NCBI GenBank assembly: GCA_024679065.1
Contig: JAGIQG010000011.1
Span: 74,710,001-74,774,000 of the forward strand
Length of the DNA stretch: 64,000 bases
Direction of reading: 5' to 3'
Source: Sphyrna mokarran
Lineage: Eukaryota
The position numbers and the translations under genes were made by a program. Shown here piece after piece: positions 9,467 to 22,465 of the stretch. How positions within the stretch are numbered: position 1 is the stretch's first letter; every line of letters begins with the position of its first letter. The notes under the pieces were generated by a model. It was not told where the DNA came from. It ran no database searches and was given only the letters and a program-made list of their open reading frames with translations.

Positions 9467-11564
9467 AAAACTGTGGCAACCTCTGTTTATCAACAACTTG
9501 CAGTAAATGCTGCTGCTCTCGCTTGTCTTTTTTCCTCCACTACTGTCTCCATCTTAAAATAAATGTTCCACCAGAAGAATTCTGAGGTGGGAATAGGATC
9601 TGTGAGAGTACAACTCAGTTATTTTATTGATTTAGATGTGAAAGAAATAATTGGCCTTTTGCTTTACACAGCAGCACGTCTTTTAATTCTGATTTTTTTT
9701 CAAGTGTGCTCCCTTGCCAGATTCATCTTTGGTCTTTGATTCTATTTGCCTGACTCAATAATAAATAAAATACCTCCACAACAGAATCTACATATTAAAC
9801 ATTGCTGTACTTGACAAACAGCAGCTTCTGTAAATGTGGAGTCTGTACTGAGACACTTTCTGTCCCTGATACATGGCTAAATGTGTGTAAGCTAATTTCA
9901 TAATTGAAATGAAGTGGGGAGAGATAGCTGTGAATTTAGATGAACATTCTAAGCCTGTTTTTCTGCTAATCAGTGGCAAATACAGACAAATTCTAGCTAC
10001 TACATGTTTGAAATAATAGGAAATGTGCACACTTCCAGGACAGAACTGGGAAGAAACAGGAGCGTGTTGATTTGCTAGTGATTCACTAGTGATTCACTCG
10101 TGAGATGATAATGAGGCATGTAAGATCCTGGGTTATGTTTACAAACTCTTGAGGTCAAATACCTACAGTTCAGGTCACTGCTGCTTACAGTAACAGGCTC
10201 AAACAATAGGCTAACTGCAGCGTAGTGCAAAAGAGACCGATCCTCAAAATTTGAAAGAGAAGCCCTGAGAAATGATGTGATAAGTCTGGCCTCCCATACT
10301 TAAAAGGCAATATTAAGGAACTGAACTGCAAGAAATTGAGTGATTGGAACCTACATTTTTGTTCTGCTGTCCCAGTGCATCTTACAAGAGATAGGTTGGC
10401 ATTTGCTAAATGAACAGCTAAAAATGTTAGGAAGTCTGACTTACTACTGTGAGTCAGCAAAAGGTGGATGGTCATAGGGCAAGCCATTGAAGCCAGAGCA
10501 CTGGATTTATTTCTGAATTCTTTACATGCTGTAATGGGAAGTGATGGTATTCTGAAAGGATGAGAATAAATGGACCACAGGGATTTTTTTTTAAACAAAA
10601 ACGCTCTTCTGCTGAATTGAGAACTTAGTCAAAAACATTGCCACTTACCAAAGAAAAATGTATTTAGCACTGCAGGTTAACACAAAGATCAAAGCTAAAG
10701 TTAACATTACAAAAGTTACTTATAATTAAAAATAGACTTTTTAAATCTTTCCACTTAGTGTTGTAGCATGGTATTCTCTAAAAAGGCAAAGAGAAAAATA
10801 AGCCCTTCTGAACAGTGATTGCTTTTGGTGACTTTTCCAGATACTTAAAGCTACTTGACAGTCATAATAATCAAATTTATACTTTATCAATCAATGAGTA
10901 ATTACTTCTGAATTAAAGCTTCTCAGATTTTTTTTACCATATGGTTTTTGGTATCTTTGGGTTTTTTTTCATTTCATGTTCTTGGCTACTTCTCCATTTC
11001 CTTTGTTATTGATATTAGTTCCTACTCGTGAAGCAGTTCAGTGATTCATCTTCTATGTAAATGAAACTGTTCATCTTTTATTTAGCAGATTTATTTGTTT
11101 TTACTGGCACAGCTTGACATATATTTTGGCACAATTCACAAAACTGTTACAACCCCCAGCATTTTTCACTGGGGGTTTCTAAATCAGTCAGTCAAGGCTT
11201 TTGTTACCTCAGGCAAATCATCAGTTACTTTCCAATTCACCCACTTTCAGATTCAACAATATTTGGATGGATCTTTCAGTAATTAATGCAGGCACTTTCT
11301 CTACCAACATTACCCAACTTTCAGAATTGGGGGAGCCAATTACAGTCTTGGGACAAGAGTCTAACATTAAATGTTCAGGATTGAAAGAGGTCATTTGGTT
11401 TGTGACGTTTCTTTTTAATCCTTCATGGGATGTGAGCTGTGCTAACATGCCTATGTGTTATCCATGCTTACTTGGCCAAGTGAAAGCAATGCTGAACTGC
11501 TATCTTGAACTGCTGTAGCCTATCTGGTATAGGTACACCCATTTTTCCTGATTTTTAGCCCAGC

Positions 11565-11897
11565 TGGTAGTGATGACGTGGAGATGCCGGCATTGGATTG
11601 GGGTAAACACGGTAAGAAGTCTCACAACACCAGATTGACATCCAACAGGTTTATTTGGTAGTAAATCCCTAGTTTTCAGAACACTGTTCCTTTGTCAAGT
11701 GAGTGGCAAGTTCTGATCTCCAACAGGGCATGTAAAGGCGCACACACACCCAGTTAACTGGATGTGCCTTAAATGCCCTGTTTGTATTCAGAACTTTCTG
11801 CTCACCTAACGAAGGAACAGCATTCCAAAAGCTAGTGGTGTTTACTACAAATAAACCTTTTGGACTTTAACCTGGTGTTGCGAAACATCTTATTGTG
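11565..11897. mobile_element. Fold-back (inverted) Penelope-like terminal-repeat insertion with degenerate hammerhead-like cores
   Basis: ~140-bp imperfect inverted arms (~11600-11740 and ~11762-11905); CTAACGAAGGAACAGCATTCCAAAAG from 11806; flanking TTTTAGCCCAGC repeats at 11553-11564 and 11898-11909. Confidence 0.75.
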
Positions 11898-13764
11898 TTT
11901 TAGCCCAGCAACAGTGTAGGGACAGCAATATTCAAGGTTTGCTGCATGTGCACTTAGTCTAATTTCATTCTCCTACATCAAATAAAAGGGCAAGCTACAA
12001 AACTGGCATTGATTTTAGAAACAAAATTACATATTAAATATCAGCAATAAGGGAGTGGGTACAGGAGACTGAGGAAATTGATTTTGACATTATGCTTGCT
12101 GTCTGGGGTGATCACAATAGAATTTCACCAAAAAGGGGGACGTGTTGATACTGCTTGAGAAACTAATTCATACCCCTGCATTGGACAGTCAGCAAGCTGT
12201 CATACCATATACAATCTAGCCTCCAACTTCAAGACCTGAATAAATGAAGATGAGGGGTTGGGCATTTGGGAGTAATGGAGAGGGTTGTGGTGTGATGGCA
12301 GCTGGAGTGATAGGTAGTAAAAACTACAGTGAAATAACCAGAGCAGATTGACTATTGTGTTAATGTCAACACACATAGCCATTTTGGTGAGGAAATGAGT
12401 TGGGAATTGAATGAGAGGGGAATTGTGCAGGATTTAGGGTGTTTTTTTTAAACTGAGTGTGCAGAATTAAAGTGTGGTGGAAGGAGGATTTTTTCAAACA
12501 AGAAAGTGATTCACACAGGCCAAGTTAGTTTCTAAGACTATTACAATGAAGTGAGTTGGATATGTGAATAGATAGAAGCTTTGTAGACAGGCTGCCTTGG
12601 AAGAAATGGAGATTGAGGACAAGATTGCAAATGAAAATTAACAAGCGTGAGCAGACAGTTTGGACTGCCACTGTAATTAAATATTGAAGATCATGAGGAA
12701 TTTTCTGGGGGGTCTGGTACTCAACCATTACAGAGACAATGAAAGATAGCATGTAGTTAATGAGTGAAAATAAGTTTATTGTGAATGCATGTGTCAGGAA
12801 AAAAAATTGTCAGCAAGCACCAGCTATGCTTTTTGATGTAGTAGTACAAGTGTAAGATTGATGTACTCTTCTGAACACTGACTCCCCACCCAGCTTGTCA
12901 CCCAAACCAGAGGGTCTAATTACATTATTGCAATTACCATGTTAGCTAATAATGCTCTACCTGTCAGCAAGATTAAGAGCTCATTACCCCATGGCACCTG
13001 AAAGTTCTTCCCTTGTCACCAAGAAACCTAACTATGTAGATTCAAGGGTGCTGCTAATACCTGCAAATTTTAATTGGTAAGGGGAGTCAATTCTCTTGCC
13101 TATGTCTAGTCCCATTATCAACATGAGAAACTATGCCAACCTTGTTAACCATAGCTAATGCACTCCTGTACACTGCAAAGCCCTGATTACAGTTGCTTGA
13201 CTCAAGCTGATTTGGAGAACTGCTCACTCCTTATCTTAAAAGAATTTGATCTGTCCGCTACTGTGCCATTTCCCATCATGCTGAGCAGTTTAAATCCCCA
13301 TTGGCCAAGGTTTACAAGAAGAGAAAAATACAATTTAATAATACTTGATTGAATTGTGGTTATAAAGACAATACCTTTGCATATATTATAATATTAGACA
13401 CATGAATCTTTATTCTATATAAGGCACCTTGAAATCTTTACTTTAACCTAGTCTACTTATTAAAATAAATTTAAAATGATGGGCTTTTATACTAAAAGTA
13501 TACCCTTCTTCAGAAAGAGTTGGGAAATTTGATAGGCAATGAGAAATTTAAATGTAGAAGGGATATGGTGAGCTCAATGTACGATCTGGAGTTGAATCCC
13601 ACAGCACCTCCATAACTATTTCAATGATTGCTGAGGTAGATGTGTGGGTAAGCGAAATGGCTGCATTAAGCCTAGGATTTTGTTACATTTGTCTGAATGA
13701 GATTGGAGATGGTCTTGATGATGACCATTAACAGGATGATGTGGAAGTGATTGACAAGGGGAGG

Positions 13765-14095
13765 GAGATAGTAGCATGGTGGGAATGTCACAGAACTGGT
13801 AATCCAGAGACGCAAGCTAATACTGTAGATATGAATTAATAGCTCTGGAATATAAAGATAGTCTTAGTAATGGTGACCATAAAATGGTGTCATCAAAGCC
13901 CATCCACTTCACTGAAATCAGCCATCCCTATCTGGTCTGGCCTACATGTGATTTCCGACCCAATGAAATGTCATTGGCTTTTAACTGCCCTCTGAAATGG
14001 TCTAAAAATCCACTCAATTCAAGGCAATTAAGGATGGGTAACAAATATTGATCTTGCCAGCAACATTTACCTCCCATGAAAGAATAAAGAAAAAT
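13765..14095 (+). mobile_element. tRNA-derived SINE with MetaSINE-like core
   Basis: TGGTCTGGCCTACATGTGATTTCCGACCC...TTAACTGCCCTCTGAAATGG core; tail CTCCCATGAAAGAATAAAG; same family as 60213-60573. Confidence 0.7.
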
Positions 14096-16129
14096 AATCA
14101 ATACATTGAGTAATTTAAGGAATAATACTATGCTTGGAGAGTCTACCATCACATTTCACTCTTGTTCAAGGAAGTAGGTGGAATAAATTAAATTAAAACA
14201 ATACAAATAGATTTCCCTCAGTCTTATAATCTGCTAAAAAATCTACGTGAAGCCATATCGCATCTGTGTCAGCATTATTCCGATGTTGTTTTCAGGAATG
14301 TTCGGATTCCCCTCTTGTATCTCGAACAGTTGTGCTTTGAAACATCAATATGTAAACAACAATCAGAATTTTATTCACCATCCTCCTCTGAAGGATAATT
14401 CCAAAATGAATCTGTGTTATCAAAGCTGCTTACCACCTCAACCTTAAGTAACTGGTAGGAATTTGACATGCGTACTATGTACCTTACACAATAAGGTGCT
14501 TAGCTAGGCAGAAGAATCCACTTCCTTTCAAACTAAAGCCTCAAGTGTGTTATTAGGAGGGTCCTTTCCCTGTGAAGGACCCTACCTTTGTTTCAAGTGT
14601 CCTTACACATAGATCTTTACATTGGCCTATTGGGTCAGCCAGCAATTTAGTATAATACCCATTGCAACCCTGGAAATACACTGAGGTCTGTTGAGGAGTA
14701 CCAGACTTGTCAGTCAATCACAGTGACCCAAAAGACCTCTTCTAGTTACACTGACAACAAATTCAATTTATCAACAGTCATTCAGCATAGATGAATGTTC
14801 CTGTATTTCAGGCCTTATAATAGCAGAACAAATCCTAAAGGTAAAAGACAATATGCCCTACTCTCTAAATTTTGACATCTTGTTGAAGTAAAAAATGAGT
14901 TCCTTCATGCTAGGAAAGCCTTGACGGTATAGGAGTGTATAAGGCCATTGTTTTTCTATCCATCAAAAAACATAATGCTATAATTTTTTTATTTATTTCT
15001 TTCAATTACTACTTTCTCCAGAGACTATTCAGCTCCCTGTTGAGTTTGCTAAAATAATGCTCAAAGATCCAAGCAAGACAGAAAAAACAAAGAAAGCAAT
15101 CCTAATTCTTGACTTCTCTGTGCCCTAGCCATTAGCTATCATTGTTATCACACATGATACTAAACAGTATGCCATTAGGAAAACACAGTGATTGACTTGT
15201 GGACAGGTTGGAGCACAACTAATCAGATGGTTCAGCAAAGGAGACATGACCATGCTATTATTGTTGTGTATCTTATATCTCAGTTGTGCAGAGATGACAC
15301 ACCGGTTTTAACGTGTGTAACAGAAATTTATTTTCAGAAGTTTTTTTTTAATGTCTGCTCCATACTTACAAGCCTTTGCTTCTAGTAGCCTCTAAAGTGT
15401 GTTTACTTTTCTGAGTGTACACGCAGGCTCAACTAAGCCAGCAGAGTGAGAATCAATAATAAAGACTCCCATAATCAAACATAGAATAACTGAACACTGC
15501 AATTATCATTTTTATGCTGCCTCTGTTAAGACTTAGAAGGATTACTTGCTGAGGATAACCATATCTACATACTTTAAGGAATTCATGCACCTAGAGCTGC
15601 AGAAATAAACGCACTTGCAAATCACATAAGAGGTTATCTTGTGTGATTCAAAACAAGCTGGCTTTGTATACAACAGAAATAGGAAAAAAACCATCTGACT
15701 GAAATTACTTCCTCAAACTCAAAAAGTGGACACTATGATCAGTAAATATTGTGTTGTGGATGGAGAAAGAATGGCTACAATGATAATTTACTAATAATAA
15801 TGACAATAGTGGCTTTAGAATGGCTTTTCTGGCTGAGATTTTTAGTCAACTTATAACGAAAACCAGATGCAGGTCATAAAGTTGCCCTGGTCTGGGAGCT
15901 GCGATGTGAAGCTTCCTGCATTGGCCAAACAAGTTAAATTGTTAATATTTGACCCAGACGTTGTGGCTTCAATTTATTACCGTTACTGTGGAATATGCAG
16001 TTTGAACGAGGCATAATAGTGCTATTTGCAAGTAATTTCATTGGATGTTTCAGTCACGATTGTTTTCTGGTTACACAGTTGGCTGGATGACAGAGAATGT
16101 TCCAGAAGTGAGTGGAGTGTGGATTAAAG

Positions 16130-16406
16130 AGACTTAGACTTAGACTTAGAACAATACAGCACAGAACAGGCCCTTCGGCCTTCGATGTTGTGCCGACCAA
16201 AATAAAAAGCAATGCCCCTCCTAACTAGACCATTCCCTTCTCATCCATATACTTATCAACTAACCTCTTAAACGCCACCAAACTTGGCGCATCTACAACA
16301 GCTGCAGGCAGGGCATTCCACTCCCTAATCACTCTTTGAGTAAAGAACCTACCTCTGATATCCATCCTATAACTCATACCCCTTAATTTAAAGTTGTGTC
16401 CTTAAT
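16130..16406 (-). mobile_element. Short CR1/HER1-like 3' fragment
   Basis: Reverse complement encodes RFFTQRVIREWNALPAAVV; tail GGCCGAAGGGCCTGTTCTGTGCTGTATTGT(TCTAAG)n. Confidence 0.88.
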
Positions 16407-18139
16407 TTAAAGGACGTGCAGCCTTTGTTTGCCAGTGATAATTTGGAAGAGACCAATAATCGTAAGAAGACCTGTACCCCAAAGAATGCTTCAGAGAAGA
16501 AGATAGATTCTACAGTAAGGATATTTCTTGGCCAAGAAGTATCCTTAAACTTGATGGTATCTATCTTCAGTTAAATAATAAAAGTTGATGTGCAGTTCAG
16601 GATTAAAAGTTCAGTTGAGAGTTGATGTTCAATTAAAATTAAAGCTCAGTAAAGAGTTAATGAGTTGCAACTGTTTGAGCATGTACCAGAAGTGTTCAAT
16701 AAAGAAATTTTTGAATTACTGTCCTTGTTTATTGCATTAAATAGTTTGAAAGTGTTTAAATTAAAAACTGAGTAAACAGTGTTAAAAGAGGTTAACACCT
16801 CCATAAAAATCTCACACACTGGAACACAGTATATGTGCAATGAGCACCTGTATTCGAATTTCATTGGTCAGAATTCCTAACTCTGCGGTGTTCAGTTTTC
16901 TTTCCCCCATTTAAATAAATATTTAAATGGTAAGTATTTATCATATTGGTGGTAATCCTGCATTCAAACAGAAACTAAAACCTTATCTATGTTAAGTAAC
17001 AACATATTTCTGTTCAATCTGAATGTTATGAAAGGAAATGGTTGCCACCATCAATTTATTCTTAACTTGCATTGCCTAAGATATTTTTTAAAAATCTATT
17101 TAAATAAATATGGTTATAGGCAAAATGATTTTCACATACTGAAATGTAGGATTTGTGGTGAAATTTGAAGCGAATCTACCAATCTTACTCAACCCATTCT
17201 CTTTATCTAAATTTACTTGACACCGATGGAGCTGAAATTACCACAAGGCCGTACTTGACGCTGAAGCTTCAGGGAAATATGAGGAAGTTTGTGCTTTAGC
17301 AATGGAAATCACTGTGACTAGGTTTTTAAAAAACTGGGAGAAACATAAGTAAAACACATGAGTATGTGAAAATCAAGATAAGGGAACTGGTGCCACGTTG
17401 CCAGGTAAGGAAATTAATTATTTTGAAAGGAATGACAGACTTGAAACTTGGAGAAAGGAAGCTGGTTTTCTGCAAAGTGAGATTTGAACCAAGAGTTTGG
17501 TAAATATACTAATTCTCAAGTGGCATACCTGATCCAATCAGACCCAAGATTTGCTGGTTACACGTCTCCCACTGAGTAATCCAATGTCTGGAAGTTGCTG
17601 AATTGATGCAACTTGAGCTTAATATTATAAAGGTAGTTAAAATATTGTACATGGAGATGTGCTTATTGCCAAATAATAATTTTAAGCGCACTGGCTTGAA
17701 CCCAGAATTAAACTTTTAACAACAGACTTTTTTAAACCACACAGATTAGGATGACTTGAATTCATAGGTTAAGATGATTAACCCCAAATGTGCGTTATAA
17801 TAAAGTCCACGTTGCAATTCATTAAAAGGGAGACAACCTGTCTGCAACAGCTCCCAAAGATCTTCATCCCCTTGAGGATGTATCAACCCACATCCCCCAC
17901 TTTGTTGGGGAGGCATCTATAGCAATCACCTGAAACATTTAAACTGTTGGCGATAGACCATTAAAACTAATCGCTGGGCAATGTGATATTGGTTAAGATC
18001 GCTTTCCAGGCTTCAGCTATTTAAGTTACCCTTGGAATACATGGACAACGATTCCCACCCAGAGGTCTTTTGTATGTTTTCAGCAGAATTGAAAACAGAA
18101 GATGTGAAGCTGAGAAAGACTCAAATGAGGTCCTTCTGC

Positions 18140-19605
18140 CTCTCTAAAAAAGATAGTGAGGAAACTATGGAGAGACTGGTGGTCTTTCAGGAATCACTGG
18201 AGGCAAGGAGGGCACTAGAGGACTGGAAAGTAGTGAGCTTAACCTCCCTGTTTAAGGAAGGGAAGGAGGCAGCAGATGGGAAATTATAGGCTGGTTAACG
18301 TGACTTTGGTCATTAGCAAGATTTTAGAGTCCATTGTTAAAGATGAGATTGTGGACTACTTGGAAATGCATAATAAAGTAGGACTGAGTCAGTGCAGGGA
18401 GGTCATGTCTGACAAATCTGTTAGAGTTCTTTGAGGAAGCAAGGAAGTTAGATAAAGGAGAACCAGTGGATGTGATTTATTTAGATTTCCAGAAGGCCTT
18501 TGACAAAGTGCAGCATAGGAGACTGTTAAATATGTTAAGTGCCGTTGTGTTAAGAATAAAATCCTGGCATAGATAGAGGATTGGTTAACTGGCAGAAGGC
18601 AGAAAGTGGGGATAAAGGGGTCTTTCTCAGGATGGCAGCTGGTGACTAGTGGTGTGCCTCAGGGGTCAGTAGGAAGGCATCAAAGGCACTGTTTCTAAGT
18701 TTGCAGATCACACAGAGATATATAGAGGGACAGGAAATACTGAGAAAGCTGGGGAGGGGACAGGGGCTGCAGAAGGACTTGGACAGGTCAAGAGTGTTGA
18801 AAAAAAAGTGATAGATGGAATACATTGTGGAAAGGTGTAAGATTATGGAGGCATAGACTATTTTCTAAATGGGAAAATGCTTAGGAAATCAAAAACACAA
18901 AAGGATTTGGGAGTCATTGTTCAAGATTCTCTTAAAGTTAATACAGATTCAGTCAGCAGTTAGGAAGGCAAATGCAATGTCAGCATTCATGTCAAGAAGG
19001 CTAGAATACAAGAACAGGGATGTACTTCAGAAGCTATATAAGGCTCTGCTGAGACCCCATTTGGAGTACTGTGAGCAGTTTTGGGCCCCCTATCTAAGGA
19101 AGGATGTCTTGGCCCTGGAAGGAGTCCACAGGAGGTTCACAAGAATGAATGAATCACTGGAAAGAAGAGCCTTTCGTATGAGGAACAGTTGAGGACTCTG
19201 GGTCTCATTAGAATTTAGAAGGATGAAGAGGGATCTTTTTGAAACTTGCAGGATACTGCGAAGCATGGATGCAGTGGACGTAGAGAGGATGTTTCCACTA
19301 GTAGGAAGAATTGGAACCAAAGGGCACAACCCCAGGCTAAAGGGACAATCCTTTAAAACAGAAATGAGGAGAAATTTCTTCAGCCAGACTGTGGTGAATC
19401 TGTGGAACTCTTTGCTGCAGAAGGCTGTGGGGCCAGGTCATTGAATGTGTTTAAAACAGAGATAGATAGATTCTTGATTAATAAGGGGATCAGGGGTTAT
19501 GGGGAAAATGCAGGAGAATAGGAATGAGGCAAAAATCAACCAGGATTGAATGGCAGAACAGACTCGATGGGCCGAGTGGCCTAATTCTGCTCCTATGATT
19601 TATGG
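18140..19605 (+). mobile_element. CR1 LINE, degenerate RT to 3' end
   Basis: EDWKVVSLTSLFK, LDFQKAFDKV, LYKALLRPHLEYCEQFWAP, RRNFFSQTVVNLWNSL; tail GGGCCGAGTGGCCTAATTCTGCTCCTATG. Confidence 0.92.
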
Positions 19606-19810
19606 CCCCTCTCTCCAACCTAGCTGACAAGTTTTGAACCATCCAGAGATGCCCCTGTTGCAGACAGTGATACACCAGCCCATCACTACCAGCAGGATAA
19701 CCAAATTGTCTATTTATATCTTTAAATTGGAAGCTTTGAGCTAACCGAATTCACCCTGAGGCCAGCCAAGTCCATTTGTAAACACTAATTTGGCCAGGCT
19801 AACATCCTTT

Positions 19811-19812
<2 letters not shown>

Positions 19813-19888
<76 letters not shown>
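19813..19888. repeat. (TG)38 microsatellite
   Basis: Perfect 76-bp dinucleotide run. Confidence 0.98.
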
Positions 19889-19890
<2 letters not shown>

Positions 19891-20216
19891 TCAATACTTA
19901 AATCCATTTAAGCTCAAGAAAATTATGTGCTATCATAAAAGAACCAAACAGTTAAATACTCATTAAATTGAGTAATGTAATTACTCAAAAAGTAATCAAA
20001 AAGAGGGTAACCATTTGAACCCTCCCACCTTGTTGCAATGATACTTCAGCTCATTTTTTCCTGTTTATCACTCATTTCTACATGAATCACTCCTGATCCA
20101 GGTATTTGTTGAGGAAAACTATTAATATCATAATTATAATGAAAACAATTATACTAATAAAGTTGCCTGCAATACCTCACTTGCCTCCTTCACAAGGTGG
20201 CCTCTCATTCTTAAAA

Positions 20217-20510
20217 TCAACACAGTGGCAAACACTGCTGTTTCACAACACTAGGAACCCCAGTTTAATTCTCAGTTTGAGTCACCCTGTGTGGAGTCTG
20301 CACGTTCTCCCAGTGTTTGTGTGGCTTTCCTGCGGATGCTCCGGTTTCCTCCCACAGTCTGAACGACTGTCTCATTAGGTGCATTGGCTATGCTAAATTC
20401 TGCTTCAATGTACCTGAACAGGTGTTGGAGTGTGGAATTAAAGGATTTTCACAGTAACTTCATTGCAATGTTAATGTAAGCCTACATGTGATACTAATAA
20501 ATTAACTTAC
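20217..20510 (+). mobile_element. HE1-type V-SINE
   Basis: TGTGTGGAGTCTGCACGTTCTCCC...GCTCCGGTTTCCTCCCACAGTC; tail TGTGATACTAATAAATTAACTT. Confidence 0.88.
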
Positions 20511-20829
20511 TGATACCTGCAAAAGGACAACTCCAAGCAATCTATTTTGATATTCCTGTCCACTTTCTGAAGTTGAATTATTAAGAATCGTTTGTCTTCA
20601 TTTCCTTACATCTTTCAAAAAAGTATCGCCTTTTTTCTATGCTTTCTACTGTCTATAACCACTTAGTTCTGTTTGGAATATTTTCCTGCTGGCTTGTGCT
20701 ATATGTTTGTTCTCTGTGTACTCTTGAGGTTGTGTTGCTTCACGTTTCTCTCTCTAATGTTGTTAAATTTTTTTGAAGCAGTTCTTCCCTCATTGTCTTA
20801 ATATGAACTGTCTTGAAATATTAATCTTA

Positions 20830-21520
20830 TTAGCCTTTCCAGCAGCTCATTTTACTCCCATCAGTGGAAGCATCATCAATAAATTCAGACACTCCACCTA
20901 CTACTTCTTCATTGGTGTTAATAAATCTGAAGAATGGAGGTCCCCAGGCTAATTCCTGAGGGATGCCACCAGTCACAGTTACCCAGCTGGAGCTGCTCAC
21001 CTTCATTATTACTTTCAGCTTTCCATTAGCAGGCCATTTTCTGCCAAATTGACACTTCACTATTGATTGTATAAGCGTTTTACTGAGAAACTCTCAGAGC
21101 AGTTTTCTGACACTTGAGGTACATGATTTACTGAATTGCCTTCATCCACCTCCTTGCTCACATCATGAAACCAGGATCTATGTTTGTTTGGCTTGGTTTC
21201 TTTATCATTGGCATTTGATTTAGTCCGTTGGAACATCGGATGCAAGAGCAGGAGTAGACTATTTGGCCTTTCAAACCTGCACCACCATTCATTAAGATCG
21301 TGGCTAATCTGGTTGTGGTCTCAATTCCACTTTCCTGTCTGTCCCTCATTACTCTTGACCCCCTTGTCTATCAAAAAAAAAATCTAACTCAGCCTTGAAT
21401 ATATTCAATGACCCAACCTCGACTGTTTTATTGAAAGGAGAATTCCACAGATTAAAGACCCGCTGAGGCAAAATAATTTCTCCTCGTTTCTGTCTTAAAA
21501 GGGAAACCTCTTATTAAAAT
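20830..21520 (-). mobile_element. Old CR1 fragments (RT piece ~20830-21170; 3' end ~21230-21520)
   Basis: VTGGIPQELAWGP and VSKEVDEG-like remnants; CR1 3' UTR reverse complement GAGCAGGAGTAGACTATTTGGCC. Confidence 0.7.
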
Positions 21521-21810
21521 TTCTCCATCAGTAATCAACTGCGCTTACTTGGAGAGTAAGACCAAATTCTCATTGTTATTACTTCAACCTTTGAAAACCA
21601 GGGTAACATTCATTACATAAATTCCAACATTTTCAGACTTCCCCCACACTCTTTCACCATCGCATTTCCTCGGAATTTTGGCACATTTCATGTGAAATGT
21701 TCCTTAATTCTTAAAGAGAGAAGTCTTTGAAAGCAATTTTCATAATCTCAAGATAGTGCAAAGTTTTCAACAAACGCTGAAGTACTTTTGAAGTGCAATT
21801 ATAGTAAACA

Positions 21811-22050
21811 AAGTTTATTTATTAGTCACAAGTAAGGCTTACAATGCAGTTACTGTGAAATTCACCCAATCGCCACAGCCCATCACTTGTTCGGGCCAAC
21901 GCACCTAACCGGCACATCTTTCGGACTGTGGGAGGAAACCCACACAGACACAGGGAGAACGTGCAGACTCCACACAGACCCATGTCAAGAATCGAACCCA
22001 AGTCCCTGGTGCTGTAAGCGGCGGTGCTAACCAATGTGCCACCATGTTGC
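21811..22050 (-). mobile_element. HE1-type V-SINE
   Basis: Reverse complement head GGCAACATGGTGGCACATTGGTTAGCACCG...GGTTCGATTC, V-core, tail GTGACTAATAAATAAACTTT. Confidence 0.9.
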
Positions 22051-22186
22051 CTTACAATAGGAATAATTGAAGTGGCATTATCTGGCAAAACTAATTTCCA
22101 ATGTAATATCGAGAGCTTGACATCACGGATGAAGAGACAACACTAAGTTATGTCCGACTGCAACTTATTGTCAAATACTAGTTTTA

Positions 22187-22465
22187 TAAGTTTATTATTA
22201 ATCAGAAGTAAGGCTTATATGAAAACTATAATGAAATTATTGTGAAATTCCACCAGTCACCACACTCCAGTGCCTGTTCAGGTCAATGCACCTAACCAGC
22301 ACATCTTTCAGACTGAGGGGGGAAACCGGAGCATCCAGAGGAAACCCACGCAGACATGGGGATAACATGCAAACTCCACACAGGCAGTGACCCAAGCTGG
22401 GAATTGAACTGGCATCCCTGCCGCTGTGAGGCAGCAGTGCTAACTGTTGTGCCACCTTTCTGCCC
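22187..22465 (-). mobile_element. HE1-type V-SINE
   Basis: Reverse complement GGTGGCACAACAGTTAGCACTGCTGCCTCACAGCGG..., V-core GGAGTTTGCATGTTATCCCC. Confidence 0.9.

Noticed and set aside
10075-10100. CTAGTGATTCA tandem with palindromic character; similar 11-13 bp tandems near 24303-24330 and 56481-56508
   Set aside because: Two-copy micro-duplications are expected from replication slippage; no array or functional context.
19967-19988. Short TTGAGTAA/TTACTCAA hairpin
   Set aside because: An 8-bp AT-rich stem is expected by chance in 64 kb.
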